DNA from: a virus
Virus record (IMG/VR): IMGVR_UViG_3300042453_003743
Location: 64,001-128,000 of that record
Direction: 5' to 3' (one strand)
Length of the DNA: 64,000 nucleotides
The position numbers and the translations under genes are program-made. Of this stretch, positions 51,601 to 62,367 are shown in pieces (position 1 is the stretch's first letter; each line of letters begins with the position of its first letter). The notes under the pieces are model-generated. The model was not told the DNA's origin. It saw only the letters and a list, made by a program, of their open reading frames with translations, and searched no databases.

Positions 51601-54600
51601 TCAAATATGCAAGAATTGTGTAAATCTTCCGAGGGCTCTTGCTCCAAGATTTACATCTGCACCCAATCTGAATCCTCTGGGCTGGCCAGGAATTTCTCCT
51701 TCGTATTCACCACCAAGTGGTAACACCGGAGCTCCAGGCTTACCTGGCTTTCCTTTTTCTTTTGGTTTACCAATTCTACCTTTTTCTTGTGGAGGTGGTG
51801 TGGTTGGTTTTTTAGAGTCAGTTTGTCTCACAGTTGTTGCCGGTGCCGGTACAACAGGAGGTATCTGTGGAATAACTTCCTTTGCTTCTGTCGAAGCAGG
51901 TGCGTTTTCTTTTGTAGGTTCTTTAGAATTTTGTTCTAATTTATCAATATTTTTTTGGAATTCATTATTGATATCGCGCATCATATCAAATATAGTTTTT
52001 GGTTGTTGTATTACTTTTGGCTGCGCTTTTGTTTCTGGTCGTTTTTTACTTTCAAGTTCAGAAGGTTCCTGTATCTCTATGGTAGCGGGCGTTTCTATTT
52101 TCTTTTGATTTGATGGTATTTCACCACCACCAACCATTTCTGGGGCTGCTCTGTCTTTTTCTGTTGTCTGTATACTTGGTTCTGTTTTGGGAACAGAAAC
52201 TGTTGGTGCGGATACTGGCCCCGGTCTTTCTGTTGCTTTTATGGTAGAGGCTGGTTTAATGTTTATTCCCTCAGCACTCTGTGTTTTTGCTGCTTGTCTA
52301 GTTGAAGGTTCTGGTAGAGTTTCTGGTGCTTTGGGTGTTTCTGCTACTTTTACTTCTCCAACCTTTGCTTTTGGTGGAGCTTTCATCTGAGGTGTCATAT
52401 CTGCTACAGCTCTTGCAATTTGTTCACCATTTATTATTTGTACTGGTTCTTTTGGTGTCGCTGCCCATTTTGGAACATTTATGTCCATGGCAGGTTTTAC
52501 TTCAGCAACAGCTGATTTTGCAACTAGATCGGCCAAAGATACTCTTGGGGGAAGTGTTATATTTCCTACTCCCGGCAAAGCAGCCGCTGCTGCAGCCACT
52601 CTTCCCAATGAAGGTTTTGCAGCAGCTTTTGGAAATTGGAAAGAAACTGGAGCAAGAGTTCCAAGCAATTCTTTTACTTGTTCCGGCGTAAGCTCTTTTG
52701 GTTTTGGAGAAATCTCTGGTTCAACTTTTGCTACAGAAATGTCTTTTGGTTTTGCTGCTGCTTCTCTAGCTGCTCTAGTCAAAATTGACTCTGGCGGTTT
52801 TGCCACATTTTCTAAAGCTTTTATATCTGACAGAGAAAGTGTTGTTTTAATTTGTGGTTTCGGAGAAACTTCTGGTATAGTTGCTGTCAAAGGTTCACGC
52901 AAACCAAATTTAAGCATCCCAAGAGATCTCAAAATTTCTCCACGGGTTTTTGTTTTCCATTGAGATAATTGTTCTGGAGACAGAGATTCAATACCAGTTG
53001 GCTTTGTTTCAGCAAAATTAATTTTTACTTCTGGGGGTTTGGCTACTTCCGGCACTACAGTTGAAACTTCTTCTGGTTTCGATGATACTTCTAGTTCATC
53101 TCTTCTGCGTCTTTTTTCTCCTGCTGCTCTCCCTTCAGCGGCTATTGCCTCTTGGGGTCTCCAAAAAATTATTGGAACATTTGGTTTCAAGCCGTCTGCC
53201 ACTCTCTCAGATCCGGGTTTAGCAGGTTCATAAAAAGGTGGCTTCACAGTTTCTCTTGATATCTCAATAGGTTCTAGTGGTTTTGAAACTTCAGTTTTTA
53301 GTGGCTCGGGTATTTGTGCAGTAAAGGCTCCACCTTGTCTGCCTTTGGTTGCTTTAAAAATCTCTGGTCTATAACCAAAAGCCTTTAGCATTTCTCCACG
53401 ATTTGCCCACTCTGGTCTTGGCGAAACTTCTACTGGTGGTTTTGCTGGTGCTCCAAAATCTATTGGAGGCATTTCTTTTGCAGTAAATACTCCCGCCGGA
53501 GGTGCTTCAAATTTTACTTCACTAGGAACTTCTACTTCTTGTGGTGGCTCTGGTTTTGGAGAAAATTCTGGTTTTTCTGAAGATTTTGGTGTAATTTTAG
53601 ATTTTTTATAGGTGGTGATCAATTTATCAACTAGTTTTGAACCTCCTACAAATGGATATGCGCTCCCTAACATTTCACCAGTCCATCTTGCAAGTTTATC
53701 TTGTGATGCTGCTTCTATGCCACTACCGACAACCATAGCACCACCAGCAGTCGCAACTGTTGCTCTACCAACAGCCTTGCCCAGCTCTTCTGCACTTCTT
53801 GCTCTAGCTAAAATAGGTGGTAAAAATTTTTTTGTTGCTTCAGCACTTGTTTTTACGGTAGTTGGTGCTCTTGAAGCAGCTGCTGCTACAACTCTGCCTC
53901 CGACACCCTCGGCAGCTCTGGTAGCTGCATTGTATGCACCACCAGTAGCATATGCCAACCCTATTTGCACTGGATCAGTCAAAATATCTGCTGCACCAGC
54001 GCCCAAATCATAAACATTTGCAGCGCCACGGCCCATACCACTCCATCTTGGCAAATCTATTTGTGTTGTTTTTTTACCTTCTTCGTCTTCTGTCTCAATT
54101 TTTAGTGGGCTTGTTATACCGCCAGCAACAGTTTCGTATTCATCTCTAGTAAGAACATCAGCAAGATCTTTATTTTGGGCTAAAACTCTAATTAGGAGAT
54201 CTTTATCACTGATTGTTTTATCTCCAGCATCAAATGCTGCTTTTCTTTCTTTTACTAAATTTTGAGCTAAAGTATCACGAAGTTCTTTATATTTGCCCGG
54301 AAATTTTTCTTTCATTTCCGTTTCGGCTCTACCCAATTCTTCTACACCGGCACCAAAATATTCTGATGCAGCAATACTACCCGGCGTGTAAGGAGCAAAT
54401 TCTGTATAACCACTCCAATCAGAAAAATCCATCAGTTTATCGAGTCCTATACGACGAGCTTGTTCAAAATATTTTTTATATGCTATTGCAGCTTCTTTTC
54501 CTGGGTCTACAAGTTTTTCTTGTGGGCTTAAAACACCAGCTTTCTTCAGACGAGCTTCCTCAGATCTTCTGGCTCTCATTTCTGCACCATCTTCATTCAA

Positions 54601-54663
54601 AAGAGTATTTCTATTTGAAAGAAGTTCTTCTACCAGTGGATTTAGTTTACGAACATTGTGCAT
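51601..54663 (-). CDS. 1020-aa Pro/Glu/Lys/Ala-rich protein, probable ejected/internal protein
   Basis: Long ORF; Gly/Ala hydrophobic segments then low-complexity tail. Confidence 0.7.
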   Translation of the reverse strand: MHNVRKLNPLVEELLSNRNTLLNEDGAEMRARRSEEARLKKAGVLSPQEKLVDPGKEAAIAYKKYFEQARRIGLDKLMDFSDWSGYTEFAPYTPGSIAASEYFGAGVEELGRAETEMKEKFPGKYKELRDTLAQNLVKERKAAFDAGDKTISDKDLLIRVLAQNKDLADVLTRDEYETVAGGITSPLKIETEDEEGKKTTQIDLPRWSGMGRGAANVYDLGAGAADILTDPVQIGLAYATGGAYNAATRAAEGVGGRVVAAAASRAPTTVKTSAEATKKFLPPILARARSAEELGKAVGRATVATAGGAMVVGSGIEAASQDKLARWTGEMLGSAYPFVGGSKLVDKLITTYKKSKITPKSSEKPEFSPKPEPPQEVEVPSEVKFEAPPAGVFTAKEMPPIDFGAPAKPPVEVSPRPEWANRGEMLKAFGYRPEIFKATKGRQGGAFTAQIPEPLKTEVSKPLEPIEISRETVKPPFYEPAKPGSERVADGLKPNVPIIFWRPQEAIAAEGRAAGEKRRRRDELEVSSKPEEVSTVVPEVAKPPEVKINFAETKPTGIESLSPEQLSQWKTKTRGEILRSLGMLKFGLREPLTATIPEVSPKPQIKTTLSLSDIKALENVAKPPESILTRAAREAAAKPKDISVAKVEPEISPKPKELTPEQVKELLGTLAPVSFQFPKAAAKPSLGRVAAAAAALPGVGNITLPPRVSLADLVAKSAVAEVKPAMDINVPKWAATPKEPVQIINGEQIARAVADMTPQMKAPPKAKVGEVKVAETPKAPETLPEPSTRQAAKTQSAEGINIKPASTIKATERPGPVSAPTVSVPKTEPSIQTTEKDRAAPEMVGGGEIPSNQKKIETPATIEIQEPSELESKKRPETKAQPKVIQQPKTIFDMMRDINNEFQKNIDKLEQNSKEPTKENAPASTEAKEVIPQIPPVVPAPATTVRQTDSKKPTTPPPQEKGRIGKPKEKGKPGKPGAPVLPLGGEYEGEIPGQPRGFRLGADVNLGARALGRFTQFLHI

Positions 54664-54666
54664 AAA

Positions 54667-56196
54667 TCAGGCTCTTCTTCTGTTGCGGTCACCCAATACT
54701 GAATTTATTGCTTGAGTCACTGAGGGAGCCCCAATTCTTGCGGGTTGTGAAGCAGGAGCTGCGCCGCCTTGTGGTGTAGTGGTTGGTTGGCCAATTCTTG
54801 CTGGTTGGCTTTGAGGAGAAGTCATTGTTTGGGCTACATTACGAACAAATCCGGGTTGAGCTTGAGTCGTTGATATTTCACCTTGAACAACTTGTTTTCT
54901 GTAGTTTGGATCATTTCTAAAACGATCTAACTCCATCTGTGAAAGGTCAACAGCTCTGTCCAATTTTCCTTCGCGTTGTGCTAACTCTGCGTTTTGTTGT
55001 GCATAACCCCTGTTCATTTGGTCAGCGGTTAAAGCTGTTTCTCTTGCTAATGGAGTAAACCTTCCAGCCGAAGAAGAACTTGCGTATCGGATTGCTAAAG
55101 AACTGTCTTCATTTGAAAGAGCGTTGTAATCTCTCCCAGTCAATTCTTTGAATTCGCCATAAGTCATACTAGTTCCCTGAATGCGTTGGCCTAGTTTTTG
55201 TTGTGCTCGCAAAGCATCTCTTTGAGCATAAAAGTCAGCTGTTTCTTTTTGTTTTTGTTCTATTTCCTTAGCTTGTGCTGTTTGGGTTTGAGATACCAGT
55301 TCGTCCTGTGAACGACCTACAGTGCTAGCAAAAACATTAGCAACTTTTGTGCTTGGTTCTGTTGCTCTATTTCCGCCATCTGGCATTGGCCCCTGTGCTG
55401 CAGATGCCTCGGCTTCAGCACTTTTTGAAATATTTTCTTTGACTCTGGTTTCTAGACCTTTTGATGCATTGGGGCCACTGAGCATGCCTTTAAATAAACT
55501 TAATTCTCCGGCTTCCGAAGATGTCAAAGTTGATGGATCTTTTGCAGACAGTTCTTCCATTCTTTTTGCCATATATGCTGCTTGTTGTGTGTCTGCTTTT
55601 TCTCTTCTTAATGCTGTTAATTTTGCTCTATTTTCCGGAGTATCTGCTGGAAGATTTGGATTTCCATCTCTTCCCATCTCAAGACCGCCCGATACGTTTC
55701 CACCATTTGGCGTCGGTCCTTGTCCTTTTGCCTCTTGCTCTTTATTGTATTGGTAAGCCTCATCTTCTTCTCTTCGTCTTTTTATGTCGGCTTTTGCGGC
55801 ATCTCTGCGAGCTTGTTCTTGGGCATTTCTTTCGCGAGCTCTTTCGTTTCTGGCTTCCGCTTGCGCTTTTTGTCTTGAAACAGCTTCTGGGCTTTGCACA
55901 TATTCTATTAAATTTTTATTAAATGGATTTGAAATATTATTTCTAGTAAAAGCCACGCAAGAAACATCATAACCGCGCCTTTCCTTTTCTAAGGATCCTA
56001 AAATTTCTTTGGCTGCATTAATGGTTTCTGGCTTAGACAGATTGTTCGGCTGTTTAAATAAATTATTTTGTTCTAAAATATTTTTGCTTATATCTTTTAA
56101 GCTAGATTTTTTTTCAGCGGGAACATTGGTTTTGGTATTTCTTGAAAGAAAATTCTTGACTTCCCAATAAAATTGTTTATCTTTTTTGTTATCCAT
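54667..56196 (-). CDS. 509-aa Ala/Gln-rich protein, probable internal protein
   Basis: CTAAATA promoter; repeated QGP.P.GGN and SQPARIG. Confidence 0.7.
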   Translation of the reverse strand: MDNKKDKQFYWEVKNFLSRNTKTNVPAEKKSSLKDISKNILEQNNLFKQPNNLSKPETINAAKEILGSLEKERRGYDVSCVAFTRNNISNPFNKNLIEYVQSPEAVSRQKAQAEARNERARERNAQEQARRDAAKADIKRRREEDEAYQYNKEQEAKGQGPTPNGGNVSGGLEMGRDGNPNLPADTPENRAKLTALRREKADTQQAAYMAKRMEELSAKDPSTLTSSEAGELSLFKGMLSGPNASKGLETRVKENISKSAEAEASAAQGPMPDGGNRATEPSTKVANVFASTVGRSQDELVSQTQTAQAKEIEQKQKETADFYAQRDALRAQQKLGQRIQGTSMTYGEFKELTGRDYNALSNEDSSLAIRYASSSSAGRFTPLARETALTADQMNRGYAQQNAELAQREGKLDRAVDLSQMELDRFRNDPNYRKQVVQGEISTTQAQPGFVRNVAQTMTSPQSQPARIGQPTTTPQGGAAPASQPARIGAPSVTQAINSVLGDRNRRRA

Positions 56197-56236
56197 GGCT
56201 GTAAAATATTTAGATTTTCATAAATACTTAAAAGGT

Positions 56237-56734
56237 ATGAAAAAACAGGTTCTCCTGTTAAACCAAGACAACACACCTCTCAATATTATCACTGTCTCAA
56301 AAGCTTTTAAACTTTTGTCAAAAGACAAAGTTTGGATCGATGAAAACAGTCAAGATTATTATGAAGTTGTGTCGGTATCAAAAATTGTTAAAATTCCAAA
56401 AATTTTAATATTAAAATATTACATAAAATTGCCTTATAAAAGAGCAGCACCAAACAGAGTAAATATTTTAAGAAGAGATAATTACTGCTGTCAATATTGT
56501 GGTATTGACCTTTGTCCAAAAACTGCTACTTTAGACCACGTTATCCCAAAATGCAAAGGTGGTGGTTCTACTTGGGTTAATTTAGTCGCAGCTTGCAAGG
56601 ACTGCAATTTACACAAAGGAAATCGCACACCAAAAGAAGCAAAGATGGAACTTAAAAATAAACCAAAAGAACCTTCTTATGGATTCATTTTTGATCATAT
56701 GCTAATTACCTTTAGGAAATCAAATAATGCCTAA
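56237..56734 (+). CDS. HNH endonuclease (McrA-like)
   Basis: VLLLN, RRDNYCCQYCG, TLDHVIP...GG and ACKDCN..KG motifs. Confidence 0.88.
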   Translation: MKKQVLLLNQDNTPLNIITVSKAFKLLSKDKVWIDENSQDYYEVVSVSKIVKIPKILILKYYIKLPYKRAAPNRVNILRRDNYCCQYCGIDLCPKTATLDHVIPKCKGGGSTWVNLVAACKDCNLHKGNRTPKEAKMELKNKPKEPSYGFIFDHMLITFRKSNNA

Positions 56735-57029
56735 TTATTCGTTTAAATGTACATCGTGTGACCATCAATTTGAACTATTTTTAAAAATGAGCGAATGTGA
56801 CAATCCTATTAAAGAAAAATGTCCAAATTGCAAAAAGAAAAAGGTGGAAAAAGATTGGGGCCAGCAAAGAAATTCAATTGGTATGGATATGACTTTGACT
56901 CCAAGCAAGGTAACCGGAACTGCTTGGAAAGAAGTTATAGACAAAATTAAAAACAGCGGGCAAGTTCCAAAACGATTCCACGACAAACTAGACAACTCTG
57001 GCCAACATGCTGGAAGAATAGTTCGTTAA
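56727..57029 (+). CDS. FmdB-like zinc-ribbon protein
   Basis: MPNYSFKCTSCDHQFE...CPNC. Confidence 0.8.
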   Translation: MPNYSFKCTSCDHQFELFLKMSECDNPIKEKCPNCKKKKVEKDWGQQRNSIGMDMTLTPSKVTGTAWKEVIDKIKNSGQVPKRFHDKLDNSGQHAGRIVR

Positions 57030-57574
57030 ATTTTATTGTTGACCAAATATTTTAAAATATAGTAACTGTCCACTATATCTGTTATAGGATTGGACAAAGT
57101 TTTCTGCCCAAAACTTAACATCAAATTTGTACCAGTCTCTTTGCTGAAGGACTCGTACATTAGCCCTTTATCAGCGTTACCTTTGCCTGTGGCGTGTTTC
57201 TTTGCTTTAGATGGCTCTACGACCGTCAGAGGAATGCCAGCCTTATAGAGCTTATGCTTAAAGATACCCATGTTTTCGGCCAAATGAAAAATTCGACCCT
57301 GAGAACCATAAGAATACCCTTCAATGGCCACATCCGCAGCCCCAATACATAAATTTATAGCCCAGTCTGATATGCTGTCAAATCGGTCCACATCTGCAAC
57401 ATAATCTTGAAAACTTTCACCAGTTACATTTGGCAGAATTTTGTCTGCGTATTTTTTGGTATTTGTCAAATAATAGAAAAAGCAATTATCAAACTTAAAT
57501 GGCTTTCTCTCATCATAAAGACAGAGGCATGGGCACGTTATTGAATAATCTACACCTATTAACATGTGGAACAT
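57026..57574 (-). CDS. RuvC-like Holliday junction resolvase
   Basis: IGVDYS, AIEGYS, KKHATGKGNADK and DIVDSY motifs. Confidence 0.8.
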   Translation of the reverse strand: MFHMLIGVDYSITCPCLCLYDERKPFKFDNCFFYYLTNTKKYADKILPNVTGESFQDYVADVDRFDSISDWAINLCIGAADVAIEGYSYGSQGRIFHLAENMGIFKHKLYKAGIPLTVVEPSKAKKHATGKGNADKGLMYESFSKETGTNLMLSFGQKTLSNPITDIVDSYYILKYLVNNKI

Positions 57575-57580
57575 AGATAT

Positions 57581-58384
57581 TTATTCTTCATACCAAGGCC
57601 AATCGCAGAACTTGGATTTCATAATATTATCTATCCACTTATAATAGTGACAAACTTTCATTGCTCCATTGTCAATTACACTTCCGGAATCTGGATCTAC
57701 TCCAAAGAAAGATATGATGCCAGCCAACTTTCCGGAATCTTCAAATATTCCTCCCCCAGAATCGCCATAATAGACTGAACCGTTTAGGGCAAGCATTCGC
57801 ATGACTTGACCCCCATCTTCGATCAAAGAGCCGTAGTAGCGCATTATGCCCTTCTCGCTCACCTTCTTGTAGCCAAGACTCCAACCCACTGTAATCAATT
57901 CTTCCCCCGGAATCAGATCCCAAGTTTTTTGTGAAAGTTCTGCCGGTGGTTCGTAGCAATCTCCATCAAGAATGCAAAGAACAATATCGTTCATTGGAAA
58001 CCCAGGAACGTAAGGACTTGCTCTATGAACTTCGGAGATTCTTAAAAACTGACCGCCATGAGTCCAAAAATATTTTGGAGGGTCTTCGGATAATGCAAAA
58101 CAATGTTGTGCACTTAGTATTGCATTTCTATGAATAAGAACCGCAGATCCAATTACATCGCCTGATTGAGATACAAGAGCACCTACACAGGAGTAGCGGT
58201 CGTCCTCAGCGAGTCCGATGGAATCGTACTTCGAAGAATCCAATAAGAACGCGGGGACTTCCGCTACCCCTTGTGTTTGTTCGGGTACTTGCTCAGATTC
58301 AACTTGTTTTGGAGGAGACGATAGCGAATTGCAAGCAGTGCTTGTCGCCATCACAAATGCGAGGATTGCGGCCCTCAGCAACAT
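57581..58384 (-). CDS. trypsin-like serine protease with lipoprotein-like signal
   Basis: LSAQHC, NDIVL and GDSGG triad motifs; MLLRAAILAFVMATSTAC N-terminus. Confidence 0.85.
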   Translation of the reverse strand: MLLRAAILAFVMATSTACNSLSSPPKQVESEQVPEQTQGVAEVPAFLLDSSKYDSIGLAEDDRYSCVGALVSQSGDVIGSAVLIHRNAILSAQHCFALSEDPPKYFWTHGGQFLRISEVHRASPYVPGFPMNDIVLCILDGDCYEPPAELSQKTWDLIPGEELITVGWSLGYKKVSEKGIMRYYGSLIEDGGQVMRMLALNGSVYYGDSGGGIFEDSGKLAGIISFFGVDPDSGSVIDNGAMKVCHYYKWIDNIMKSKFCDWPWYEE

Positions 58385-58440
58385 GGCAAAAATATTTAGA
58401 ATAAAAAACCCCATTTCGGGGGAGAAATTTTTTAATTTTT

Positions 58441-58776
58441 TTATTTTGTTTTTGTATAGTGCGCTTCAAAATGACAATTTGCACACAATAAATCACATTT
58501 ATCTAATTCATGTTTACATTTTTCCCAAGAATGCGGTCTTCCATTCCATGATAGTGCAAAATCTTTTTTACTTGGATCTTTATGATGAAACTGGAGTGCT
58601 GCATTGCATTTATTATAACCACATTTTGAACATTTGCCACCTTTATAATCAATACACTTTTGTTTTTTTCTTTGTCTAAATGCGGTCACATTACATGAAT
58701 TGCATACAGTTTTTCTATGACCATTTGTACGATTATATTCATAACTTTTATTGCAACGAGTACAGGTAGTATTCAT
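58441..58776 (-). CDS. HNH endonuclease
   Basis: YKGGKCSKCGY...ALQFHH...KCDLLCANCH. Confidence 0.85.
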   Translation of the reverse strand: MNTTCTRCNKSYEYNRTNGHRKTVCNSCNVTAFRQRKKQKCIDYKGGKCSKCGYNKCNAALQFHHKDPSKKDFALSWNGRPHSWEKCKHELDKCDLLCANCHFEAHYTKTK

Positions 58777-58819
58777 ACTATTATTTAGTATTAGCACTAC
58801 CTGTACTACCGTTATTTAA

Positions 58820-58892
58820 CTCCTCGGGTTGGGATCGAACCAACGACACTTCGCTTAACAGGCGAACGCTTCTACCACTGAGCTACCGAGGA
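58820..58892 (-). tRNA. tRNA-Asn(GUU)
   Basis: TCCTCGG...CCGAGGA-G; loop CTGTTAA; GTTCGATC. Confidence 0.93.
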
Positions 58893-58900
58893 GTGAAGAA

Positions 58901-60790
58901 TCAGACTATCTGGCAACCGCCAGCACTGCAGGCAAATTCCTTTGCCGACTCAGTATTGTCTTCTGCCTCGTATTTAGACAGCTCCTTAAAGTTAACTTTA
59001 ACCTTTGGATGTGCCGAATACGTTGCAGAATCAATTTGCTCAAATGGAGCCTGAGCGTATGTGTGATTGTCGCCACCGGGAAGGAACGAGATGCCAGTAG
59101 CAACATCAAAGTTCTCCCAGAGCCAGTTACCGACTTCAAGGAACTCGGAGTCCTTGTAGTTGACTGTAATTGATGGCTTGTGTTGACAATAATGTTCCTG
59201 ATAAGTCTTCCATAGATCCAAGTGATCCAATGCACGGAGATCTTCGGTAGTAACTGTACCTCTTGGAGCCTTCATTGCAAAAGTGAAGACTGCTGTGTTA
59301 GCAGGATTGATCACATCATCTTCGCAAGGAACGCCTTGATCCTTCATGAGATTATAAATTGGATCTTTCTTGTCAATGCGAATTCTACGATAATAATGTT
59401 CTGCATAACGTGGGTGTAGACCCGAAGCCGAATCAACCAAGCAAGAAGTGGTTCCCTCTGGCTTGACGCATGTGATGGACTTGCTTGGGTTGATACCGAG
59501 CTTTTCTGCCCACTTCATGTTAGTTGCGGTTGCATGATCTCGTAGAGTCTCAAGAAGACGAACTAACTTAGGCTTGCCTTCCAATCCACTGGTCAACTTG
59601 TTGTCGTAGATACCAGTCATGCTGACTCCGAGAAGTCTTTCTTCTTCGCAGTTCTTCTTCCATTCTGGACGAAGATAAGGGAAGTTTGTGAACGTAGACT
59701 GAACTGTACCTATGATTGTAGCAATCTCAATCTTCTTCTTGAGGCTTGCTGCAGTGTCATCGGGACGAACGACAACAGTGGAAAGGTTGCAGAACTCAAA
59801 TGGCTTCAGAATGATCTCCGAGCATGGATTTGTTCCATACTCACAATTCTCATCGCGACCCCACTTGGCTGCTTGCTCTTGAAGAGCCTTACGATTGATC
59901 ATGCCACGCTCACCGCTGTGGCTGTTGTATAGAGATGTCCACTCCTCAAGGAACTGGCCCATCGGAGGACGGCCACGGTATACCGCTGAGTTGTTTGCGT
60001 ATGAACGGAAGCCTGCTTGCTCCCACCATGCACCACTCTTGCACAATGCCATTTCACGATCAGAAAGATCGCTCAGAGAAATCATGGCAGAACGACGAAC
60101 TCCACCGACGATAACTGCGTTTGCAATGGCACAGCAGATGTCGTGGCACTCAAGAGCAGTCAAACGACGGCCCTGTGCGTTGTAGAAAACCTTGACAATA
60201 AACTTGAACAAATTGTCAAGCGGAGCAGGACCGCTTGCGCGACCACCGAATGTCTTGAGTCTTGCTCCAGCAGGACGAATCTTGCTCAAGTCCCATTTGA
60301 CATGGCGACCAGAATACAGGTGATCCATAAGGAACTTGACTGCATTGCCCCAACCTTCCTTGGAGTCTTCAACAACATAGGTGATGTTAAATGCCTTCTC
60401 AATTTTGTTTGCAACTTGAGGAAGTTTGTCTGTGTATTGATGCTCAACAGAATAACCGACACCAGTGCCATTCATCAGAACAACGAACAACTCTGCAAAC
60501 GAATCTAAAGAATCAATTGGAAGATAGGAGCAGTTGTAAAGGCAAGTGTTGTCATGATCCAGTGCAGGGCCAGCGGTCATTAGACTACGCATGGACGGAA
60601 GAACCTCTAGGTTAAGAATGGCATCCTTTACATCAGGACGCTCTGCAAGCTGTGGAACTTTACCAGTAAAATATTTCCACCAACGGTCAACACACTCCTC
60701 CCAAGACTCGCGTCGGTTTTGCTCCGGAAGCCAACGAGAATACCGCGAGATAAAAATAAACGATTGAAATGGTGATAAAATTTCTGCCAT
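58901..60790 (-). CDS. nrdJ: class II (B12-dependent) ribonucleoside-triphosphate reductase
   Basis: YNCSY, GTGVGYS, GGVRRSAMI, TNPCSEI, TCVKPEGT and C-terminal ACSAGGC. Confidence 0.9.
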   Translation of the reverse strand: MAEILSPFQSFIFISRYSRWLPEQNRRESWEECVDRWWKYFTGKVPQLAERPDVKDAILNLEVLPSMRSLMTAGPALDHDNTCLYNCSYLPIDSLDSFAELFVVLMNGTGVGYSVEHQYTDKLPQVANKIEKAFNITYVVEDSKEGWGNAVKFLMDHLYSGRHVKWDLSKIRPAGARLKTFGGRASGPAPLDNLFKFIVKVFYNAQGRRLTALECHDICCAIANAVIVGGVRRSAMISLSDLSDREMALCKSGAWWEQAGFRSYANNSAVYRGRPPMGQFLEEWTSLYNSHSGERGMINRKALQEQAAKWGRDENCEYGTNPCSEIILKPFEFCNLSTVVVRPDDTAASLKKKIEIATIIGTVQSTFTNFPYLRPEWKKNCEEERLLGVSMTGIYDNKLTSGLEGKPKLVRLLETLRDHATATNMKWAEKLGINPSKSITCVKPEGTTSCLVDSASGLHPRYAEHYYRRIRIDKKDPIYNLMKDQGVPCEDDVINPANTAVFTFAMKAPRGTVTTEDLRALDHLDLWKTYQEHYCQHKPSITVNYKDSEFLEVGNWLWENFDVATGISFLPGGDNHTYAQAPFEQIDSATYSAHPKVKVNFKELSKYEAEDNTESAKEFACSAGGCQIV

Positions 60791-60803
60791 AATACCCTAC
60801 TCC

Positions 60804-61628
60804 TTAGTTGGTGATCTTATTTAGATTCTGTATCTTATTGTCTTTTTTATATTTTTCAAGCATTAGTTCGTATGAATTACTTTCGTCTATTATAGAATAA
60901 TAATTTACAAATCCATACATTTTTTCATTACATATATACTGATCTATTTCATTTTTTCTTGCTATATTTGAAAATATTACAAACTCATAATGATGGTTGC
61001 CCCAGTAGTCTGATGTATATGATAATTTATTTAAAAAATTACAATCAATCAAATATGTGCAGTGAACCAGAGGAACTTTAAAAGTTCCCTTTAAATTTTC
61101 TCGTCTCCAAATAGCAACAGCCATCGGTGAATCTTTGTGGTATCCATTTTCAGTAGTAGCACAGAAATAATTTGAATACAAACAAGACTCGTTATAAACT
61201 TTAATAAATGGGGCAACTATTGGTTTTTTTAATTGTATTAAATCTTTTAAAGTATCCTTGCAAACCCAATTATCTGTATCCATCACAAAGTAGTAATCCG
61301 TTTTTTCTAAACGACAAATGTCTAAACTTCTGTTTCTGACTTTTGCCATTTTTTTCAAACGAACAGAGCCGTTGTCAGACCAATCCAAACCCTTTATTAC
61401 ATTTGGATCATCTTCACATTTTTCAAAAATAATATTTTTATATTTTTTATAATTTTTTGAAATCCAATCAGACAAGTAGTTTACGCTATCATCATCATTA
61501 TTATTAGTGTTTATGTAAATGGTAATTAATTTTTTATCATAATCCATTTCTTCTAAACATCTAAAATAATTTGGTAAAAATTTTAAATGATTGCGAGTTA
61601 AAATTGAAAAAAAAATAGTTTTATCCAT
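60804..61628 (-). CDS. GT-A glycosyltransferase (procollagen galactosyltransferase-like)
   Basis: TNNNDD, VRNRSL, YYFVMDTDN, PIVAP and VPLVHCTYLI motifs. Confidence 0.75.
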   Translation of the reverse strand: MDKTIFFSILTRNHLKFLPNYFRCLEEMDYDKKLITIYINTNNNDDDSVNYLSDWISKNYKKYKNIIFEKCEDDPNVIKGLDWSDNGSVRLKKMAKVRNRSLDICRLEKTDYYFVMDTDNWVCKDTLKDLIQLKKPIVAPFIKVYNESCLYSNYFCATTENGYHKDSPMAVAIWRRENLKGTFKVPLVHCTYLIDCNFLNKLSYTSDYWGNHHYEFVIFSNIARKNEIDQYICNEKMYGFVNYYSIIDESNSYELMLEKYKKDNKIQNLNKITN

Positions 61629-62367
61629 TTTTAGTCAAAGTTTTCCACGAAACTGAAAAAATTGGGTCAATTATTTTATCAATTGCTTCAGCGTACTTTT
61701 GAATTTCCCACTGTGCGTGAGCATCAATTCTCAAATTGTAAACTCTAGCAAATGCGTAGAGAGAACCAGTCCACACAAATTCTGTATAAGTCCCTTGTGG
61801 GAGAATTGATCTTGCCTGTTCGGGCGCAACACCATCAGTCAAAAGCCGATTGTATAGATCAACACATTCTTTTGCAATACCATCGTATTCTTGTCTCAAT
61901 CTAATGCAAAGATCCATATCTTCAATTGCACCGCTGCTACCTTGTTTGGCCCCATCAGTAGGTGCGTTTCTCCACAATGGAGTATAAATCTCTGGCTCAA
62001 ATGTGACATATCTGCGACTCACCTCATTCATGACAAGGCCAACCTGATGCTTTCCCAATTGTGCTCTTACAAAAATTGGGCATTTAATTCTTACACTGAT
62101 CTGTGGATGGCAGAAAGGTGTGAAGTGGTTGTGCTTTGCAAGATACTTGATAAGTTTTTGATCTTTTTCAGATAGCTTTTTATCAATAATGTTCCCACTC
62201 CAATGCTGTTCCCCATCCCAAGAACTTTCCTTGTTAAAGGAAACACGGGCAGCATTGACAACACTAAGGTCTGAACCCATGTAATCAACTAACTGCACAT
62301 GTCCATGATCAAGAACTTTAATATCAGTCTGAGCCGCGCTTTGAGTCATCTGTGTCATCTTCTTCAT
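61621..62367 (-). CDS. thyX: FAD-dependent thymidylate synthase
   Basis: VVNAARVS, HFTPF, NEVSRRY, EQARSILP and HAQWEI motifs; exact start uncertain. Confidence 0.93.
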   Translation of the reverse strand: MKKMTQMTQSAAQTDIKVLDHGHVQLVDYMGSDLSVVNAARVSFNKESSWDGEQHWSGNIIDKKLSEKDQKLIKYLAKHNHFTPFCHPQISVRIKCPIFVRAQLGKHQVGLVMNEVSRRYVTFEPEIYTPLWRNAPTDGAKQGSSGAIEDMDLCIRLRQEYDGIAKECVDLYNRLLTDGVAPEQARSILPQGTYTEFVWTGSLYAFARVYNLRIDAHAQWEIQKYAEAIDKIIDPIFSVSWKTLTKNG

